The translations under genes were made by a program, and so were the position numbers. From positions 3,711 through 67,710 of the forward strand of contig MGGJ01000009.1 of NCBI GenBank assembly GCA_001792345.1: a stretch of 64,000 nt of DNA, written 5' to 3'. How positions within the stretch are numbered: position 1 is the stretch's first letter; every line of letters starts with the position of its first letter. Below, piece after piece: positions 1 to 8,929 of this stretch. The stretch is from Candidatus Woesebacteria bacterium RIFCSPHIGHO2_01_FULL_39_32 (lineage in GTDB: Bacteria; Patescibacteriota; Microgenomatia; UBA8517). The notes beneath the pieces were generated by a model. That model was not told where the DNA came from. It saw only the letters and a list, made by a program, of their open reading frames with translations, and ran no database searches.

Positions 1-374
1 CTCCTGATTATTTGAGAAAATTCTTCTTCAAGTTTTGGTTTCTCTCGCCAATCAACTTCATTTTTATACGGAGATTTAGCGAAAGTAAAGGATTCGTTTG
101 CATAAGCTTTCCTTGTTTTACCATCAGCGCTAACTACAATGGCACCGTTAAGCTGAGGGTCTCCTTGGACCAAACCAGAAAATACATACCCGTCGCTTGA
201 CTTCGGAGCAAAGGGAGTGGGAGATATCCTGTACTTCTTGAGATCGGCGTTATATGGAGCAGCTATAACCAGTAAAACAAAAACGAATAGGATTAGTAAT
301 AGAAAGGCAAAAGTCAGTTTTTTAAATATTTTCAATAACCTGGGTACTTTAAGTTTGATTTCTCTTATATCCAT
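1..374 (-). CDS. Membrane-anchored hypothetical protein, partial (runs off the window start)
   Basis: Not in the ORF track. Manual translation from ATG 374 gives MDIREIKLKVPRLLKIFKKLTFAFLLLILFVFVLLVIAAP...DGKTRKAY...KSPYKNEVDW..., open to position 1, with an N-terminal TM helix. Apparent paralog of 29002..30075. Confidence 0.75.
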   Translation of the reverse strand, partial: MDIREIKLKVPRLLKIFKKLTFAFLLLILFVFVLLVIAAPYNADLKKYRISPTPFAPKSSDGYVFSGLVQGDPQLNGAIVVSADGKTRKAYANESFTFAKSPYKNEVDWREKPKLEEEFSQIIR

Positions 375-375
375 A

Positions 376-696
376 TTATTTCCGAATCTGCTCCAATATC
401 TCTTTCTCCAACATTTTTATTTCTTCTCGAATAACCTCCTCTATATCCTTCTCTGTCTTTTCATTAAGATATTTGAGGTGCCTCTCGTCATGTGGTGCTT
501 GATGAAACCTTATTAAGAATTCCTCGTGATGTTCACGAGGTAAAGCGTCAAGAATCAAACCTAAAATCCTGTGGTGAATTATTTCATCGACCAAATTCCA
601 TAGCTCTTCTTTCTCTTCAGGAGATTCGGTAACATTTTTAATTTCCGTTTCAACTTCAGTAAGTATTATTAGATGATCGTAAAAAATGTTACTCAT
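376..696 (-). CDS. Conserved hypothetical helical protein
   Basis: ORF 376..705; probable start ATG 696 (MSNIFYDHL). Acidic, helical, with HH and PH motifs. Confidence 0.7.
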   Translation of the reverse strand: MSNIFYDHLIILTEVETEIKNVTESPEEKEELWNLVDEIIHHRILGLILDALPREHHEEFLIRFHQAPHDERHLKYLNEKTEKDIEEVIREEIKMLEKEILEQIRK

Positions 697-784
697 ACTT
701 CGCAATATCTTATAGCTCTGAGTTCAATTCATCCAACAAAAATTTGTCGGGTTCTTGAAACCATAGTAAAAAATGTTACTCATA
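679..784. repeat. 19-bp direct repeat GTAAAAAATGTTACTCATA (679-697 and 766-784)
   Basis: Exact copies 87 bp apart. Each contains the start codon and first codons (MSNIFY) of the downstream gene. Confidence 0.85.
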
Positions 785-785
785 A

Positions 786-1748
786 TTAATTCCTCAGCAT
801 GGCTATTTCCTGATTATTATACTCAACCGGTCCTAAAGAAATTTTATTTTCAGGGTCGTCAACAAAAAATACGATAACCGGACCCTTTTTGTATTTTGTA
901 CCACCAAGCGCGTCCATTACCTCAGGACTCCCTCCATATTGCTTTCCCGTCCAAGCGGCAGGACCTGAATCGGCAACTGCGGCAACTACCGCATTACCAT
1001 TTCTAACATTTACTATAAAAACTTTTCTATGTTTATACCAATCTTTCAAGTAAGGTTGGCGCGTATTCCAGTCAGGTAGATAAAGTGTTTGTACAACAGC
1101 ATACCAGCGTTCAACCTCCTCAAGACCTTCGGTTAATTCTTCTTTTGAAGGGGCAATATACCCCCATGCGGAAAACCCCGGTGCAATTCCCGCTTTAACA
1201 ACATCTTTGTCACCATGATTTTTAAGATTGTCCCCTGGATAACGTCTCAGGTGTTGTTCCGCACCTATAAATCCATAAGTTGTATTTAAATGCTCTCCCT
1301 CAAGCGTCGCCCTCGCCGGAATTCCAACAACATTACCGAAAACTTGTTCCAACAATTTCTCTTCTGTACGGCTCAATGATCTCGGACGAGTAGGCAAAAT
1401 CGAATTAAAAGTATCAACTAGTATCTTTTTTGAATTTTCATTTTTGGCTTTTTCATCGGTAAATTTGGCCAATATTTCATGGGGGGCTGGCAACATTTTT
1501 ATATTTGTGGGGGGATTAAGCAAAAGTGCACCGGTCAATGCACCGGCTCCGATAATTTTTGCCGAATGCTCACGAATCTTTCCAAGATCTAACCCTTTTC
1601 CTCGGAAAAATTTTTCGGCGTGAGGGTGTGTTTCCCGAATTTTCTCTTTCGCCTCAAGATTTTTTAATTTTAATCTCTGACGCAAGAGTTCAGTATCTAT
1701 TTTATTTGTATTAATACCAAAATATGTTTGTGCGGGCAGTTTCCCCAT
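786..1748 (-). CDS. Hypothetical protein with possible C-terminal RlpA-like double-psi beta-barrel (putative cell-wall enzyme)
   Basis: 320 aa ORF. The C-terminal VxNxxNGxxVVAxVxDxGP...SPExMDALG pattern resembles RlpA/expansin-type DPBB domains. Confidence 0.5.
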   Translation of the reverse strand: MGKLPAQTYFGINTNKIDTELLRQRLKLKNLEAKEKIRETHPHAEKFFRGKGLDLGKIREHSAKIIGAGALTGALLLNPPTNIKMLPAPHEILAKFTDEKAKNENSKKILVDTFNSILPTRPRSLSRTEEKLLEQVFGNVVGIPARATLEGEHLNTTYGFIGAEQHLRRYPGDNLKNHGDKDVVKAGIAPGFSAWGYIAPSKEELTEGLEEVERWYAVVQTLYLPDWNTRQPYLKDWYKHRKVFIVNVRNGNAVVAAVADSGPAAWTGKQYGGSPEVMDALGGTKYKKGPVIVFFVDDPENKISLGPVEYNNQEIAMLRN

Positions 1749-1771
1749 AGATAGACTGTTATCGTAAGTAG

Positions 1772-3193
1772 TTATTTGTCAGATAAAATTTTATTGATTC
1801 TTTTTAATGTTTCTTCTTTACCTAAAATTACTATCGAATCGTTAATTGGCGGAGTAAATTTACTTCCAGCTATTGCTATTCGCAAATCCATAAAAAAATC
1901 TCCCGTTTTAAATCCCTTTTTTTCAATTTTTTTCATTAAATTATCATTCAAGTTCTCCAGATCCCAAGAATCCAGATTTTCAATAATATTATGTGCCGCT
2001 TGCAAGTGTTCTACCCAATTTTTTCCTAACATTTTCTTATCAACCCTCGGTTTTTCAAAAAAGAATCCAGCGAGTTGCCTTAATTCTGAAAGTTTTTTTA
2101 TTCTAGACTTAACGAGGGGCGATAACTTAATCAATAATTTTTTATCTATACCCACTGGAGCAAACTTGAGAGACCTTTGGGCAAAATCTTCATCTGTTAA
2201 TTTTTGTATGTACTGATTATTCATCCAAAGAAGTTTATCCCTATCAAAAGCGACTAAATCAGTCTTGTGAATTTTCTCAATCGAAAAAACTCGAATAAAC
2301 TCCTCTAAACTATAAAACTCCCTGTCAGTACCTGGATTCCAACCCAAAAACATTAGAAAATTAAGAAGTGCTTCAGCCAGATAACCTTCGTCTAGAAATT
2401 CTCTAGCTGAAACTGCTCCAAAGCGCTTTGATAACTTTTTCCCAGCACCCATTTCTTTTAAATTTGGAATATGAGCAAAATAAGGCATTTTCCAACCAAA
2501 TGCCTCATAAAGAAGAATATGTTTTGGAGTTGAAGGAATCCAATCATTTCCACGCATAACATGAGAAATTTTCATTAAATGATCGTCAACTACAACTGCA
2601 AAATGGTAAGTTGGGAACCCATCCGATTTAATTAGAACCTGATCATCTATGTTGTTTGAGGAAATTGATATTTTACCTGTAATTAAATCGTTGAAAGTTA
2701 CCTCTTTGTTTTCAGGAACTTTCATACGGATTACATAGGGTAACTTATTTACTAATTTTTCTTCAATTTCTTGCTTCTTAAGTTTTAGGCACAACCTATC
2801 ATACTTTGTAGAAACCACACCACGAGCCTTTTGTTCCTCACGCATTTTTGCCAATCGCTCTTCGGAACAAAAACAGTAGTATGCTGCTTTTTTCTTGAGA
2901 AGAATTTGGGCATGTTCTTGATAAATATCGAGTCGTTCAGACTGAATATAGGGTCCGTATGGACCTCCGACTCTAGGACCTTCGTCCCAACTGAGACCGT
3001 AATCGGAAATTACGTCTAAAATTCTATCAGTTGCACCTTCCACATAACGCTCTCTATCGGTATTTTCAATTCGAATAATAAAATCTCCCTTATTTTTTTT
3101 AGCAAAAGCCCAATTGTAAAGAAGTGTCCTTATATGACCAATATGGTATTCGCCTGTTGGGCTGGGGGCCATTCTTGTTCTTACCTTAGTCAT
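1772..3193 (-). CDS. gltX: Glutamate--tRNA ligase
   Basis: RMAPSPTG, HIGH, KLSKR and PTYHFAVVVDD motifs. Confidence 0.97.
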   Translation of the reverse strand: MTKVRTRMAPSPTGEYHIGHIRTLLYNWAFAKKNKGDFIIRIENTDRERYVEGATDRILDVISDYGLSWDEGPRVGGPYGPYIQSERLDIYQEHAQILLKKKAAYYCFCSEERLAKMREEQKARGVVSTKYDRLCLKLKKQEIEEKLVNKLPYVIRMKVPENKEVTFNDLITGKISISSNNIDDQVLIKSDGFPTYHFAVVVDDHLMKISHVMRGNDWIPSTPKHILLYEAFGWKMPYFAHIPNLKEMGAGKKLSKRFGAVSAREFLDEGYLAEALLNFLMFLGWNPGTDREFYSLEEFIRVFSIEKIHKTDLVAFDRDKLLWMNNQYIQKLTDEDFAQRSLKFAPVGIDKKLLIKLSPLVKSRIKKLSELRQLAGFFFEKPRVDKKMLGKNWVEHLQAAHNIIENLDSWDLENLNDNLMKKIEKKGFKTGDFFMDLRIAIAGSKFTPPINDSIVILGKEETLKRINKILSDK

Positions 3194-3339
3194 TTCAATT
3201 GAATTTTACAATTTTTAACCTTAATTTACTATAAATAGTAAAAATTGAATTTTCTCACGAGTGTAGTTATACTCAAAAGGATCCGTATTTGTTTTCTTTG
3301 CCAAACTTTCTTTTTCGAAAAGAAAGTTTGAAAATGTGT

Positions 3340-4422
3340 ATGGCGTCATTAACTTCCGTCTCAGTTTCAGCTCGCAAAGTAATCCGTTATGGAGTCTACG
3401 CGGTTATTCTCATTCTAATTTTGCGCTTTGCTTTTAATGTAAGTCTTAATTTATATCGGAGATTTTTTCCTCCCAGGCAACCAGAACCTACTCTCGCTTT
3501 TGGGAAGCTACCAAAATTAGCTTTACCAGATAGACCTACTCCACAAAATATTGCTTACACTCTCGAATTACCAGAAGGCAACCTTCCAACACTTATCGAG
3601 CAAGCCGTTGTGTATACTATGCCTCCATTTCAGTCAGATATTGAAGTAGTAGATAACGCCAAAAAGACAGCCCAATCTTTGGGTTTTCGACCCGATGGTA
3701 AGGTTATTGTTGAAAGCATCCCAAACGTATATATCTTCGAAAAATCTGGTGGGTTATCGAACCTAACTATGAATGTGATAACCGGAGTATTTTCTATAAG
3801 TTACAATATTAACCAAAATCCGAGTGTTGTGAGAGATACGGCTTCTACACCTGAGGCAGCAATTGAATTCGTGCGATCATTTTTAGAAGGTGCGAAATTA
3901 CTCCAAAGTGATCTAAGTGATGGACCAGCTACACATGGATTTTTAAAATATGAAGCAGGAAAATTTGTTCCTGCAATTTCTCAATCTGAAGCAAACGCAA
4001 TTAAAGTAAATTTATTTAGAAAAGGCTATGGAGCAAAAAATCAAGATATTCCAAGTGTAACTCCTGACATGCCGGAATCAAATGTTTGGTTTATTGTTGC
4101 AGGTAGGTCAAGACAAATTATTGCTGCCGAGTATCATTATTTCCCGATCGATAAAGACAAAATCGCAACTTACCCACTTAAGACGTCAGAAGCAGCTTTT
4201 GAAGAACTAAAGCAGGGTAAAGCCTTCATTACAAATTTACCGAGCATTACAGGAGGTTCTGTAATTATTAGGAAGGTATATCTTTCCTATTACGACGCCG
4301 GCCAGTACGCAGAATACTATCAACCCGTAATAGTATTTGAGGGAGATAATAACTTTTACGGCTTCGTGCCCGCAGTCATCGACGAGCATTATGGAAAAGA
4401 ACAGACTGTTAATCAGCAGTAA
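3340..4422 (+). CDS. Membrane-anchored hypothetical protein
   Basis: ORF 3289..4422; probable ATG at 3340. N-terminal TM helix; C-terminal YxQPVxVF motif of the YycI/YcdB-like type. Confidence 0.7.
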   Translation: MASLTSVSVSARKVIRYGVYAVILILILRFAFNVSLNLYRRFFPPRQPEPTLAFGKLPKLALPDRPTPQNIAYTLELPEGNLPTLIEQAVVYTMPPFQSDIEVVDNAKKTAQSLGFRPDGKVIVESIPNVYIFEKSGGLSNLTMNVITGVFSISYNINQNPSVVRDTASTPEAAIEFVRSFLEGAKLLQSDLSDGPATHGFLKYEAGKFVPAISQSEANAIKVNLFRKGYGAKNQDIPSVTPDMPESNVWFIVAGRSRQIIAAEYHYFPIDKDKIATYPLKTSEAAFEELKQGKAFITNLPSITGGSVIIRKVYLSYYDAGQYAEYYQPVIVFEGDNNFYGFVPAVIDEHYGKEQTVNQQ

Positions 4423-5344
4423 GGGGTGTTACTAGTCCTTTCCATTCAAAGCTTTCCCAAATCCAATCGATCAGTTGTTTGGTTTCTCCAAATCTGTCCT
4501 GACTTCCCAAAATTGCAATCATAATTTTTTTATCCTCACGTTCGACATAAGTCACCAAATTTTCCTGCGCGTTTTCAGTCCAACCAGTTTTTACTCCAAG
4601 AACGCCATCAACCTGTCCTAATAATTCATTTATGTTAAATAACCTGTGAGAAGTTTTACCATCGACACTTTTTACTGTTATCTGCCTGGTTCCAACCATT
4701 TCGCGAAATGTAGGATTTTTCATAGCAACGGATGATACGCGCACCAAGTCCCGCGCACTTGTGACATGTCCTACACCATCAAGTCCAGAAGGATTATAAA
4801 ATGATGAATTTTCAAGATAGAGTTCTTTTGCTTTCAAATTCATTGAAGTAACGAATGAGGCACGACCACCTGGATAGTTTTTTGCCAAAACTTCGGCTGC
4901 ATCATTAGCACTATAAACTAAAAGTCCGTACAGAAGATCTCTAACGGTAATTTTTTCGCCTAATTTAAGGTTCATTTTTTGTCCATCAATTGCTACCTCG
5001 TTGCCTGCGGTTAAAACCTCATCTGGATGATAATAGTCCATTGATACAAGTGCCGTGACAATTTTTGTCGTTGACGCCGGTAAAAGCGCGTTATCTGGAT
5101 TTTTTTCGTATAATGTAACACCCGACGGCAAATCCACAACTAAGGATGCGGAAGCTGAAAGTTCGGGAAAACTTGATTTATTTACTAAAACTGGAATTGG
5201 GGGCAAAATCATGTTTTCATCTTTCTGCGAGACTTTTGTTTTGGGAATTTCCTTTTTGGGAGCAATAAAACCGAATCTAGTTATCGCAAGAGTTGAGGTT
5301 GCAATAAAGAAAAAGGATAAGGCAGATAAAAGAAGTAATTTCAT
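4409..5344 (-). CDS. D-alanyl-D-alanine carboxypeptidase (peptidase S11)
   Basis: PASTTK (SxxK), SAND (SxN) and KTG motifs; signal anchor. Confidence 0.93.
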   Translation of the reverse strand: MKLLLLSALSFFFIATSTLAITRFGFIAPKKEIPKTKVSQKDENMILPPIPVLVNKSSFPELSASASLVVDLPSGVTLYEKNPDNALLPASTTKIVTALVSMDYYHPDEVLTAGNEVAIDGQKMNLKLGEKITVRDLLYGLLVYSANDAAEVLAKNYPGGRASFVTSMNLKAKELYLENSSFYNPSGLDGVGHVTSARDLVRVSSVAMKNPTFREMVGTRQITVKSVDGKTSHRLFNINELLGQVDGVLGVKTGWTENAQENLVTYVEREDKKIMIAILGSQDRFGETKQLIDWIWESFEWKGLVTPLTAD

Positions 5345-5386
5345 GACAAATACAAATGTAACCCTAAAGAATTATTTTTGCAATGT

Positions 5387-7192
5387 CTAGCCAAGAGTAA
5401 TTAACTCCGGTTTCTCAACTTTTACAAAATCATGATATTTCATCTTTATCGATCTGTCGTGTCGTCCGGCGTTAAACGCAATTTCTTCAACATCACCCAA
5501 TCTTGAATCAACATATGTTTTTAAACCAACAGATGAGCCAATGGGTGGAACTGCTCCGACTTCCAACCCCGTCTTTGCTTTTACTGACTCTTTGGAAGCC
5601 ATTCTTAACTTTTTAACTTTCAACTTGTTTTGAAGTTTTTCTAAATCAGCTTGAATGTCAGCCGGTAAGACATACAAAATAAAATCTTTGTCCGCTTGTA
5701 ATACTAGAGCCTTTGCTCCCTGGTGAATATCCGTACCACGAACTATGGCGGCTTGTTCACTTGTGTAAACCGGCTCATGTTCATACTTTTCAAATAAAAT
5801 CTCGTTTGACTTTAATAAATCGATAATTTTTTCGTATATATCTTTTTCTTTAGTTTCCGATCCTTTAGTTCCTTTCCGCAAAGTTGAAAGACGAATATCT
5901 ACCCTCTCCATATCCCTTGGGAAAATAGAGGCCTCACGAATATTTTTTAGACCTAATATATGCATCGTTATTCTCTCAGCACCGAACGCAAATCCACCTA
6001 GTGGCGGCATACCATACTTAAATGCCTGTAGATAAAGTTCAATATTTTCAGGAGTTACCCCCCACTTTTTGGCGTGCTCAACTAGTGTATCGTAATCATG
6101 AATTCTCCGACCACCTGTCATCCACTCAGTACCTCGCCCAATTAGATCAAAGCCTTGGTTATATTCTGGTTCATCGGGATCAGGATATGTATAAAATGGT
6201 CTTGCATAGGTTGGATAATGACTAACAAAAACCAAATCCGATCCATGAACTTCCTTTGACCATAAACAAATTTCTCTCTCATCATCTGGTGCCAAATCTT
6301 TTTCGCGACGTACATCGCGACCAGTTCTTTCAAAAATAGTTTGTTGGGCATCTCTGAGTTTTATTATTGGAATATTTTCGGCAACTGACGGGGTTGTTGC
6401 ATTATACATTGCAAGTTCCTTTTTACACTTCTCGTCAACTTCTTTCAAAATAAACTTTATTACGTACTCCGCCATTCCTTTAACTTCCAAATAATCTTTG
6501 ATAAAGCCGAATTCTGCGTCCAAACTTATTACTTCAGTTAAATGTCTCGTTGTGACCGAAGGTTCAGCACGAAAAACTTTATTGACGCTAAATACCCTCT
6601 CAAAGACACTAACCAACAGAGACTTATAAAGTTGAGGGCTCTGGGCAAGATAAGTTTTATGATCAAAATACTTAACCTCAAAGATTTCCGCTCCTCCTTC
6701 TGGGGCTGAAGATATGATTGAAGGAGCTTGAAATTCAACGAATTCCTTTTGCTGAAGCGCTCTTCTGAAAGCGTCTACAACTACTTCTTGAACTTTAAAA
6801 ATTGCCTTAATTTTTGGGTGCCTTAGAGTGAGAGATCTATAATCAAGTAGCGTTGGCAACTCTAACTCCAGATTTTCGACTCCCATATCAAACGGAAGCT
6901 CTGCAGATTTGGATAAAATATTTAAGTTTTCAATTTCAATCTCAATGGTTCCAGTTTCCATTCTCGGATTGACCAAGTTTTCCGGTCTTTTTTTGACTAA
7001 ACCGCTTATTTCAACTACTGACTCGGGATTAACTTTAGTTAAATCTTTTCCTACACATTGAACAATTCCGCTTCTGTCTCGAAGATCTATGAAGGTGATC
7101 TTTCCGTGATCACGGATAGTATTTACCCAACCGGCTAAGGTAACTTTCTCTCCAACTTTATTGACAGTTTCCTTAACTAAAGTTCTTTCCAT
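5387..7192 (-). CDS. aspS: Archaeal-type (probably non-discriminating) aspartate--tRNA ligase fused to a C-terminal YbaK/ProXp aminoacyl-tRNA deacylase domain
   Basis: OB-fold FIDLRDRSG, LAQSPQLYK, motif 2 FRAEPSVTTRHLTE and motif 3 GMPPLGGFAFGAER; no GAD insertion. The last ~150 aa carry YbaK-family motifs (HEPVYTSEQAA, GAKAL, TGLEVGAVPPIG, FNAG). Probable ATG 7192. Confidence 0.92.
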   Translation of the reverse strand: MERTLVKETVNKVGEKVTLAGWVNTIRDHGKITFIDLRDRSGIVQCVGKDLTKVNPESVVEISGLVKKRPENLVNPRMETGTIEIEIENLNILSKSAELPFDMGVENLELELPTLLDYRSLTLRHPKIKAIFKVQEVVVDAFRRALQQKEFVEFQAPSIISSAPEGGAEIFEVKYFDHKTYLAQSPQLYKSLLVSVFERVFSVNKVFRAEPSVTTRHLTEVISLDAEFGFIKDYLEVKGMAEYVIKFILKEVDEKCKKELAMYNATTPSVAENIPIIKLRDAQQTIFERTGRDVRREKDLAPDDEREICLWSKEVHGSDLVFVSHYPTYARPFYTYPDPDEPEYNQGFDLIGRGTEWMTGGRRIHDYDTLVEHAKKWGVTPENIELYLQAFKYGMPPLGGFAFGAERITMHILGLKNIREASIFPRDMERVDIRLSTLRKGTKGSETKEKDIYEKIIDLLKSNEILFEKYEHEPVYTSEQAAIVRGTDIHQGAKALVLQADKDFILYVLPADIQADLEKLQNKLKVKKLRMASKESVKAKTGLEVGAVPPIGSSVGLKTYVDSRLGDVEEIAFNAGRHDRSIKMKYHDFVKVEKPELITLG

Positions 7193-7213
7193 GGTTTTAT
7201 TATGACACAAAAT

Positions 7214-7259
7214 AAAAAGCCCCTGTAAAATCCGACAAAAAATCGGAGCTTACAGGGGC
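7214..7259 (-). terminator. Intrinsic terminator of the T-box leader
   Basis: GCCCCUGUAA...UUACAGGGGC hairpin followed by UUUUUAUUUU; it overlaps the 3' strand of the antiterminator. Confidence 0.9.
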
Positions 7260-7392
7260 CCTTTGAATAAGGACGGTACCACCCTAATTTGTAACTTAAT
7301 TTTGTGCTGTTACGGGCACTTCCCGAAAGGTTCTACTTGCCTTAAAGGCTTTCTTCCTTCGGCTCTCCCGATGTTTGTCGGGATCAAACGCC
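7214..7392 (-). ncRNA. T-box riboswitch leader (ultrashort Stem I, AAC specifier, antiterminator and terminator)
   Basis: T-box AAUUAGGGUGGUACCG at 7289-7274; antiterminator AGGG-UGGUACC-GUCCUU/AAGGGC-CCCU. Stem I is GGC..GA-UCCCGA-CAAACA-UCGGGA-GA-GCC. Stem II has a GAA/AGUA loop, followed by a CGGG/CCCG Stem IIA. Confidence 0.92.
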
Positions 7393-7408
7393 TTTATTTA
7401 TTCTGGTA

Positions 7409-7437
7409 AGTATAAAACCGATATTATTTTCTGTCAA
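7409..7437 (-). promoter_or_regulatory. Sigma70-type promoter of the aspS leader
   Basis: TTGACA (7437-7432), 17-bp spacer, TATACT (7414-7409). Confidence 0.85.
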
Positions 7438-8929
7438 CATCAGTTTTTCTCAAAGCTTTACCAATTTCTCGACGGGCTTGGGTAGTTACGACAAACTCCA
7501 ACCAATCATGATTTGGACTTCTTTTTTCTTTAGATTTCAAAATTTCTACAACCTGTCCACTTTTTAACTTATAATTTAAAGGAATTATTTTCCCGTCGGC
7601 TTTAGCAGCTTTTAAATAATCTCCCAAATCAGAGTGAAGCGCGTATGCAAAGTCTATGGGTGTGCTACCAACTGGTAGATCAAAAACGTCTCCTCGCGGC
7701 GAAAAAACAAAAATTCGCTCTCTTAATGCATCGAATTTCACCGCCTGAAGAAATTCCTTAGAGTCTGAAATTTCCTTTTGCCATTCGGCAAGTTGCTTTA
7801 TCCAAGAGAGTTTTTCCTCTGAGGCGGTCACACCTCTCTTATCAAGTTCTTGATCATTAATTACGGCCTTTCTCTTTGCGTCAGAGTAAGCCCAATGCGC
7901 AGCAACCCCATGCTCTGCCTGTTCATGCATATCAAAAGTACGTATCTGAACCTCAGTAATTTTTCCTCTTGGTCCAAAAACTCTTGTATGAATCGATTGG
8001 TAGCCGTTTGGTTTTGGCTGGGCTATGAAATCGGAAATTCCAAAGTGTGGAACTAGCTTAAAAGATCTATGAACAACTCCCAGCGCCGTATAGCACTCTG
8101 TAACGGTTTTTACCAGAATCCTGAGTGCGACAATGTCATAAATCTTACCGAAATTCCATTCTATTCCAAGTCTTTCCAGTTTTTTCCAAAGAGAGTAAAA
8201 ACTCTTCTTTCTCCCATCTATTTTTGCTTCAATACCTTCAGATGACAGCGCTTTTAGAAGGCTTCGTTTCATTTTCCTTATATTTTCTTCGGCCTTTTTA
8301 TAGTAGATTGTGGCGCCCTTTTTTACCCTCACATATTCACTAGGGAAAACATAGGGAAATGCCAAGTCCTCAAGTTCAGAACTCACCTGCCCCATTCCCA
8401 GTCTTTCAGATAGCGGAGCATAAATCTCCAAGGTTTCTAGAGCAATTTTTTCTTGTCTATCCTTTGGAACATATGAAAGAGTTCTCATATTGTGAAGTCT
8501 GTCGGCAAGTTTCACTAAAACTACCCGCAAATCCTTTGCCATCGCCAAAAACATTTTTCTTAAATTCTCGATATACTCTTCTTCAATCTCTTGCTTCTTA
8601 AGTTTTATGTGAGAAACTTTTGTAACGCCATCAACTAGACGTGCAACCTCTTCACCAAATTCTTTTTTTATATCGGATAGATCTGCGGCCCCGTCTTCAA
8701 CTACGTCATGTAAAAATCCCGCAACAATTGTGTCTGTATCAAGTTTCCAAGAAGTTAGAATCTTTGCAGTTTCAAGTTCGTGAATAACGTAAGGTTCTCC
8801 ACTATATCTTTTTTGTCCGGTATGGGCTAGTTTGGCAAATTTCCACGCCTTTTTAATCAAATCCAAGGCAAGTTTGTTGTCGTTGTAGCTTTTAACTATC
8901 TTTAATACTTCCCTAAAATCATTCTCCAT
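7424..8929 (-). CDS. rel: RelA/SpoT (p)ppGpp synthetase/hydrolase (HD, SYNTH and TGS domains; C-terminally short)
   Basis: HxGQxRxSGEPY, LHDVVED, KLADRLHNMRT, PKPNGYQSIHT, EVQIRT and TGS TPIDFAYALH motifs. Confidence 0.95.
   Translation of the reverse strand: MENDFREVLKIVKSYNDNKLALDLIKKAWKFAKLAHTGQKRYSGEPYVIHELETAKILTSWKLDTDTIVAGFLHDVVEDGAADLSDIKKEFGEEVARLVDGVTKVSHIKLKKQEIEEEYIENLRKMFLAMAKDLRVVLVKLADRLHNMRTLSYVPKDRQEKIALETLEIYAPLSERLGMGQVSSELEDLAFPYVFPSEYVRVKKGATIYYKKAEENIRKMKRSLLKALSSEGIEAKIDGRKKSFYSLWKKLERLGIEWNFGKIYDIVALRILVKTVTECYTALGVVHRSFKLVPHFGISDFIAQPKPNGYQSIHTRVFGPRGKITEVQIRTFDMHEQAEHGVAAHWAYSDAKRKAVINDQELDKRGVTASEEKLSWIKQLAEWQKEISDSKEFLQAVKFDALRERIFVFSPRGDVFDLPVGSTPIDFAYALHSDLGDYLKAAKADGKIIPLNYKLKSGQVVEILKSKEKRSPNHDWLEFVVTTQARREIGKALRKTDVDRK

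Noticed and set aside
12-516. Plus-strand ORFs 12..200 and 217..516
   Set aside because: Antisense shadows of the minus-strand genes 1..374 and 376..696.
3055-3075. GluRS motif RIENTD instead of RIEDTD
   Set aside because: A single substitution that cannot be distinguished from a neutral variant or sequencing error.
5387-7192. Calling the synthetase AsnRS because of the AAC specifier
   Set aside because: QSPQLYK and SLDxE are AspRS signatures; AsnRS has SxQLY.E and a Glu-containing E.E motif.
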